This document shows positions 59,188 to 64,000 of a DNA stretch of 64,000 nt, piece by piece (positions within the stretch are counted from its first letter, which is position 1; the number at the start of each line of letters is the position of its first letter). A model generated the notes under the pieces. The model was not told the origin of the DNA. It worked only from the letters and a program-made list of their open reading frames with translations, and ran no database searches. Source of the stretch: an uncultured Gaiellaceae bacterium (GTDB lineage: Bacteria > Actinomycetota > Thermoleophilia > Gaiellales > Gaiellaceae); assembly GCA_963806955.1 (NCBI GenBank), contig CAWDZG010000002.1:528821-592820 (forward strand). Reading direction: 5' to 3'. Position numbers and translations under genes: made by a program.

Positions 59188-60320
59188 ACGTCGACGGTGA
59201 CCGCCTGCGTGACCTGACCCTCGAGCTCGTCGAGGTCGCGAGCCCGACCGGCGACACGGTCGACGTGTCGCGGCTGTACGCGCGCCGGCTGGAGGAGCTG
59301 GGGATGGAGGTCGAGCTGCTCGACCAGCGCTTCCCGCAGACGCCGGTCGTCGTCGGCCGGCTCGCGGGCGACCGGCCGGGGCCGACGATCGTCCTCAACG
59401 GCCACCTCGACACCGTGCCGATCCCGCACGCGGAGCCGCGGGTCGAGGGCGAGCGGATCTACGGGCGCGGCTCGGCGGACATGAAGGGCGCGCTCGCCTG
59501 CGCGGCCGAGGCGGCGCGCGTCGTCGCCGGGCGCGGCTCCTTCCCGGGCGAGCTCGTGATCGTCGCGATCGGCCTGCACGAGGCGCCGGGCGGCCGCGGC
59601 GAGGACCTGACCTGGCTGCTGCAGGAGACGGGCTTCAAGGCCGACCTGGGCGTCGTCTGCGAGCTGGGCGGCCCGACGCTGCCGGTCGCCCACCTGGGCT
59701 GCGCGACGTTCGAGCTGACGATCCGGCGCGAGGGGATGGTCACGCACGAGCTGCAGACGCCGGCCGGGACGCCGAACCCGATCCACGTCGCGGCGCGGGT
59801 GATCGAGGCGATCCGCGCGCGCAACGAGGAGCTGGCCACGGTGGAGCACGAGTGGGTCGGCGCCGAGACGTACTTCCTCGGCGAGGCGCACGGCGGCGAC
59901 TTCTACAACCGCCATCCGATCGAGTTCCGCTTCGTCGGCACGCGGCGCTGGGCGCCCGGGAACACGCTCGAGGCCGTCGAGGAGGAGCTCCGCGAGCTGC
60001 TGGCGCCGATCGCGGCCGAGTCGGGCTGCGCGATCGACCTCGACCTGCGCCTCGTGCGCGGCGCCTACCGGATCGACCCCGACGACCGGCTCGTCGTCGC
60101 GCTCCGCGAGGCCTACGAGGAGGTGACCGGCCGCGAGCTGCCGCTCGACGGCGTCAAGGTCGTCGCCGACGGCGCGATCTTCCACGCGGCCGGGATCCCG
60201 ACCGTCTACCACGGCCCGATGGGCACGGGCGCGCACGGCGACGTCGAGTCGATCGAGGTCGCGGAGCTCGTGCGGGCGACGAAGGTCTACCTCGCGCTGC
60301 TGGAGCGACTCTGGGCGTGA
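59184..60320 (+). CDS. M20 family metallohydrolase (ArgE/DapE/carbamoylase-type)
   Basis: NGHLDTVP and GRGSADMKG metal-ligand motifs. ATGA overlap upstream. Confidence 0.85.
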   Translation: MNVDGDRLRDLTLELVEVASPTGDTVDVSRLYARRLEELGMEVELLDQRFPQTPVVVGRLAGDRPGPTIVLNGHLDTVPIPHAEPRVEGERIYGRGSADMKGALACAAEAARVVAGRGSFPGELVIVAIGLHEAPGGRGEDLTWLLQETGFKADLGVVCELGGPTLPVAHLGCATFELTIRREGMVTHELQTPAGTPNPIHVAARVIEAIRARNEELATVEHEWVGAETYFLGEAHGGDFYNRHPIEFRFVGTRRWAPGNTLEAVEEELRELLAPIAAESGCAIDLDLRLVRGAYRIDPDDRLVVALREAYEEVTGRELPLDGVKVVADGAIFHAAGIPTVYHGPMGTGAHGDVESIEVAELVRATKVYLALLERLWA

Positions 60321-61811
60321 GCTACCAGGAACTCGTCGGGGACTTCCGCTGGGAGCTGCCGGAGCGGCTCAACCTCGGCGTCGACGTCTGCGAGCGGCAG
60401 CCGCGCGACCGGACGGCGATCCTCGTCACCGACGGGCGCGAGGTGACGCGGCGGGTCACGTTCGGCGAGCTCTCGGCCGACTCGAACCGGCTCGCGAACG
60501 CGCTGCGGGCGAAGGGGATCGGGCCGGGCGACCGGGTCGGGATCGCGCTGCCGCAGCGGCCCGAGACGGCGGTGGCGCACATCGCGGTCTACAAGCTCGG
60601 CGCGATCGCGGTGCCGCTCTCGACCCGTTTCGGCCCCGACGCGATGGCGGTGCGGCTCGGCGACGCCGACCCGGCTCTCGTGATCGCCGACCGCGAGCTC
60701 GACGGCGTCGCGACGATCGACGTCGACCGCGAGCTGCCGTTCCTGCTGGCCGCTGCCCCCGACCGCTTCGAGCCCGCGGCGACGGCGCCCGACACGCCGG
60801 CGCTGATCGTCTACACCTCGGGCACGACCGGCCCGCCGAAGGGCGCGCTGCACGGGCACCGGATCCTGGCGGGCCACCTGCCCGGCTTCGACCTCTCGCA
60901 CGACTTCTTCCCGCAGCCCGGCGACGTGATCTGGTCGCCGGCCGACTGGGCCTGGATGGGCGGCCTCTTCGACGTGCTCATGCCCGGCCTCTACCACGGC
61001 GTGCCGGTGGTCGCGTTCCAGACGACGAAGTTCGACCCGGAGCGGACGTACGAGCTGGTCGAGCGGCTGCGGATCCGGAACGTCTTCCTGCCCGCGACGG
61101 CGCTGCGGCTGCTCGCGGCCGCGGACGGCCCGCGCCTGTCGCTGCGGACGATCGCGAGCGGCGGCGAGCCGGTCGGCGCCGAGACCGCCGCCTGGTGCGA
61201 GGAGCACCTGGGCGCGCGGCTGAACGAGTTCTACGGCCAGACCGAGGCGAACCTGCTGCTCGGCAACTGCGCCGCCTGGCCGGCGAAGCCCGGCTCGATG
61301 GGGCTCCCCTACCCCGGCCACGACGTGCGGCTCGTCGACGGCGAGGTGACGGTCGGCGTCGAGGGCGACCCGGTCGCGTTCCTCGGCTACTGGCGGAACG
61401 AGGCGGCGACGGCGGAGAAGGTGCGCGACGGCCGCCTGCACACCGGCGACCTGGCCGAGGTCGACGACGAGGGCTACTTCCGCTTCGTCGGCCGCACCGA
61501 CGACCTGATCTCGAGCGCCGGCCACCGGATCGGCCCGGGCGAGATCGAGGAGTGCCTCGTCCGCCACCCGCAGGTCGCGCTCGCGGCGGTGATCGGGATC
61601 CCGGACGAGGTGCGCGGCGAGGCGATCAAGGCGTTCGTCGTCGCCGCGTCGCCGTCGGAGGAGCTGGCGGCGGAGCTGAAGGCGCTCGTGCGGGAGCGGC
61701 TGGCGGCGTACGAGGTGCCGCGCGAGATCGAGTTCGTGGACGGAGCTGCCGCTGACGACGAGCGGGAAGATCCGGCGGAACGAGCTGCGGGCGCGCGAGC
61801 GGCCCGCCTAG
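60317..61811 (+). pseudogene. AMP-dependent synthetase/ligase (acyl-CoA synthetase family), one frameshift near 61745
   Basis: AMP-binding motif IVYTSGTTGPPKG, plus YGQTE, TGD and GRTDD. The conserved tail ELPLTTSGKIRRNELRA is read only after a shift and ends at TAG 61809-61811. Confidence 0.8.
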
Positions 61812-62859
61812 TCGAGCTCAGGACGAGCAGGCGGTCGGCGGCCTCGAGCCGCTTCGCGAGCTGCTCGGATGTCGCCTCGAGGCGATCCCCGCGGTCGCGA
61901 ACGACCCCACCGACTGCCCGAGGACGAGTTCCTCGAGGGGCGGCGACGGCCCCGTGGCCGGTTGATCCGGCGGGGCGGCGCCTGCCTCGACGATAGCGCG
62001 GGCACCTGTCGGCACCCGGCTACGAGCGGGAACCTTCGGGGTCGAGCTAGACGCCGTGACGGGCGTCGTCGTGTTGTTGCGGCGCTGACGCGCTCGCAGG
62101 ACGCGCTTCCACGAACCGGTTTCGGTTTGAGTCGTGACCACCAGCTTCGGAAGCGCGGTGCGGGGCGAGCGCCGCCGCTGTTGTTCATGCGTCTGCGACC
62201 AGGGATAGCATCCGTCGATGCGGAGCCCGAAGCGAGCAGTGACGGGAGAAGCCGTGGTATCGCTATTACGCCGGGTACTCGCGAGCTTTCGTAGAGGACG
62301 CTCTCGGGACGCTCGATCGGCCGAGGGATCGACAGTGCTTGATCCGTGGAACGGGTCGGACGACGACCGCGGTCGCGCACGAGTTGGGCCACCGCGCATC
62401 GGCTTGACGCGAACCCATCACTCGTGCTGGTTGGGAGGGCCAGGCTCCTCGGCAAGGCGGTCGTCGAGAGCCTCGACGCGCTGGCGGAGGACATCCTTGA
62501 CCACCGGGCGTCGGCCGTACCGCTTCTAGCGCCGGAACCCCTCGCGACATGGCTCGACGATTGCTCCGCATGCGCGGCACGCTCGATGAGCACGTCTCCA
62601 GCACGTCCTCGTAGATCACTCGATCTATCGGCCGCTGACCTTAGATGGCACTCTCGAGAAAGCGCATCTCTCGCCGCATTCGTCTACGTTGCCTTGTTCG
62701 ACGCAGTCCGGTCGGTAGTTCGCCCATTCGTCGGTTCCAATCCCACCTGGATCAAGGCTCCAGCACGCGATGACCGCATCATGTAAGCGCCGAAGACCTG
62801 GCTATTGCATTTCGGGACGCCGTGTCGTCGCTCAGTCAGCGTCGCGCGAAGGCGGTTCC

Positions 62860-63610
62860 GATTCCGCCTTTGTAGCTGTCGCATCGTCCGGGATGCTTCC
62901 GCTCGAGATGCGTCTGTGGATGCCGTTGTGACGTCGCCGCCTTACTGCACGCGGATCGTACATCGCTTCGACGCGGCCGGAACTCGCAGTTCTTGGGTAC
63001 GGCGAAGCTGCCTGCGGTCGCTGCGCGCAGCGATGGTCGGCACCCAACTATCGCTTCGGAGACACCAGAGGTCTCGCCGTATGGGGTGCGGCTGCGACGT
63101 CGACCATCGACGCGGTCTCTGGCCACGCCTCAGAGCCTCAGTCGGGTATTACCGAAAGTACTTCACTCAGTACTTCGACAGTCTGTGGACGTCACTAGGC
63201 GAGTGCGTCGTGTGACACGGCCAGGCGGGCCACTAGTTGTCGTAGTTCAGGACTCGTACTACAAGGATATTCACGGCCGATCGACGACGCAGACCGTCAG
63301 CGCGCGAACCTGGCCGAGAGGCCGGCGACTGCCACGCTCCTGGACGCACCTGACAGGCCTTCTCGCCGGCGTCGAGTTCGCGGTCGCGACAGGTCGATCG
63401 CGACAGCCTTGTCGGCGGATGAACGCCTGCGCGGTTCCACCGACCGCCGAAGTGCACGACTCGCTGAGCGCAGCGTCGGGTGGTTCGACAGAGCTCCTTG
63501 CCGCGATTCCGACGGTCGTGGTCGCTCCAGCCATGCAGTACGCGACGTCGACGTCGAGCGCGACGTCCGGCAGGGTTCCGTGGAGCTGCACGAGTCGCGC
63601 GGGACGATGA
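62860..63610 (+). pseudogene. decayed N6/N4 DNA methyltransferase remnant
   Basis: Motif IV context SVDAVVTSPPY (62919-62945). YYRKYFTQYFDSLWTSLGE and VTRPGGPLVVVVQDSYYKDIH (63212-63274) lie in other frames. A motif-I-like VHDSLSAASGGSTELLAA is at 63452-63505. Several frame changes occur within a few hundred bp. Confidence 0.4.
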
Positions 63611-64000
63611 GCGGACTCGACCAGCCGCCGTGGTCACAGCCCGCCCGATCTTCACGTCGGCCGTACGCACTTCCAGGAGTCGCTCGATGAACTCGACGCC
63701 TTTACGCGGCTCAACCGAATTGGCTGACGATGACGCTGGCCTCGTAAATCTTTCGCGACTCGCTGAGGCAGTGGAGCGCGGGCCGATGACGTCGGGAAGC
63801 TGAAGCCGTTCGCGCGAGCCTCGTCCGAAGACGAACGTCGGAGCCCAACGCGCTGCTCGTGTCGTGTGGTTCTGCCGCGCCTCTCCACGAGATCCGCGAG
63901 TCAACGCCAGGACGCCAGCTGCCGGCCGCTTGAGTCGAGCTGGTGCCGCGCGTTGACACGGCCGGTGCGCATCGCTCGACTCCGTCTCATGACGGCGAAC

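Noticed and set aside
62372-62392. A VAHELGH (HEXXH) string suggesting an ImmA/IrrE- or M48-like peptidase remnant in the low-G+C tail.
   Set aside because: It is a single short motif followed by a stop four codons later, with no flanking family-like sequence that I can recognise. That is too weak to call a feature.
63233-63959. Minus-strand ORFs at the window end (for example LVQLHGTLPDVALDVDVAYCMAGATTTVGIAARS, and ESRKIYEASVIVSQFG / VEFIERLLEVRTADVKIGR), considered as a possible restriction endonuclease partner.
   Set aside because: They are partly antisense to the methyltransferase motif-I-like segment, broken by stops, and match no family I recognise. The window ends before any boundary.

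Overview
This is a very G+C-rich, densely coding chromosomal window with actinobacterial-type codon usage and frequent 4-nt GTGA/ATGA start-stop overlaps. I support about 60 protein-coding loci, 3 singleton tRNAs (Val-TAC, Glu-TTC, Lys-TTT), a few hairpin terminators and two candidate operators.

Layout:
- 1-10.6 kb: housekeeping and transport genes (ornithine cyclodeaminase, threonine dehydratase, FliA/WhiG-type sigma, Cys/Met PLP enzyme, MFS, MATE, SDR, CDF).
- 10.6-23 kb: a sugar ABC importer operon that runs on into three poorly characterised genes and converges on GH63-like and GH38 hydrolases.
- 23-35 kb: mixed genes (cyclophilin, M48 peptidase, LysR plus isocitrate lyase, receiver domain, ECF sigma, msrAB, hemolysin III, CDF) and the three tRNAs.
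- 35.3-61.8 kb: a GntR-headed minus-strand operon (two GlcD-like FAD oxidases plus an FAH-family enzyme), divergent from a roughly 22 kb, about 16-cistron plus-strand operon. The plus operon holds 2 HyuA and 3 HyuB hydantoinase/oxoprolinase subunits, a heterotetrameric sarcosine-oxidase set in D-A-G-B order, an RraA-like protein, a DAO-type flavoenzyme, an enolase-superfamily enzyme, a CocE/NonD hydrolase, a tandem FGE-sulfatase-domain gene, an M20 peptidase and an AMP-ligase.
- 61.8-64 kb: visibly lower G+C, no intact gene, with a decayed DNA methyltransferase remnant.

The most interesting candidates are the large mixed catabolic operon, which I infer acts on an N-methylated cyclic amide or hydantoin-type substrate, and an unusual twin-hairpin plus mini-ORF element that bridges hyuB3 and hyuA2 inside it.

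Major caveat: at least 25 apparent frameshifts interrupt otherwise recognisable genes, and they are unevenly distributed. I cannot tell sequencing indels from real pseudogenisation using the sequence alone. All functional calls rest on motif and family recognition by eye; no database search was run.
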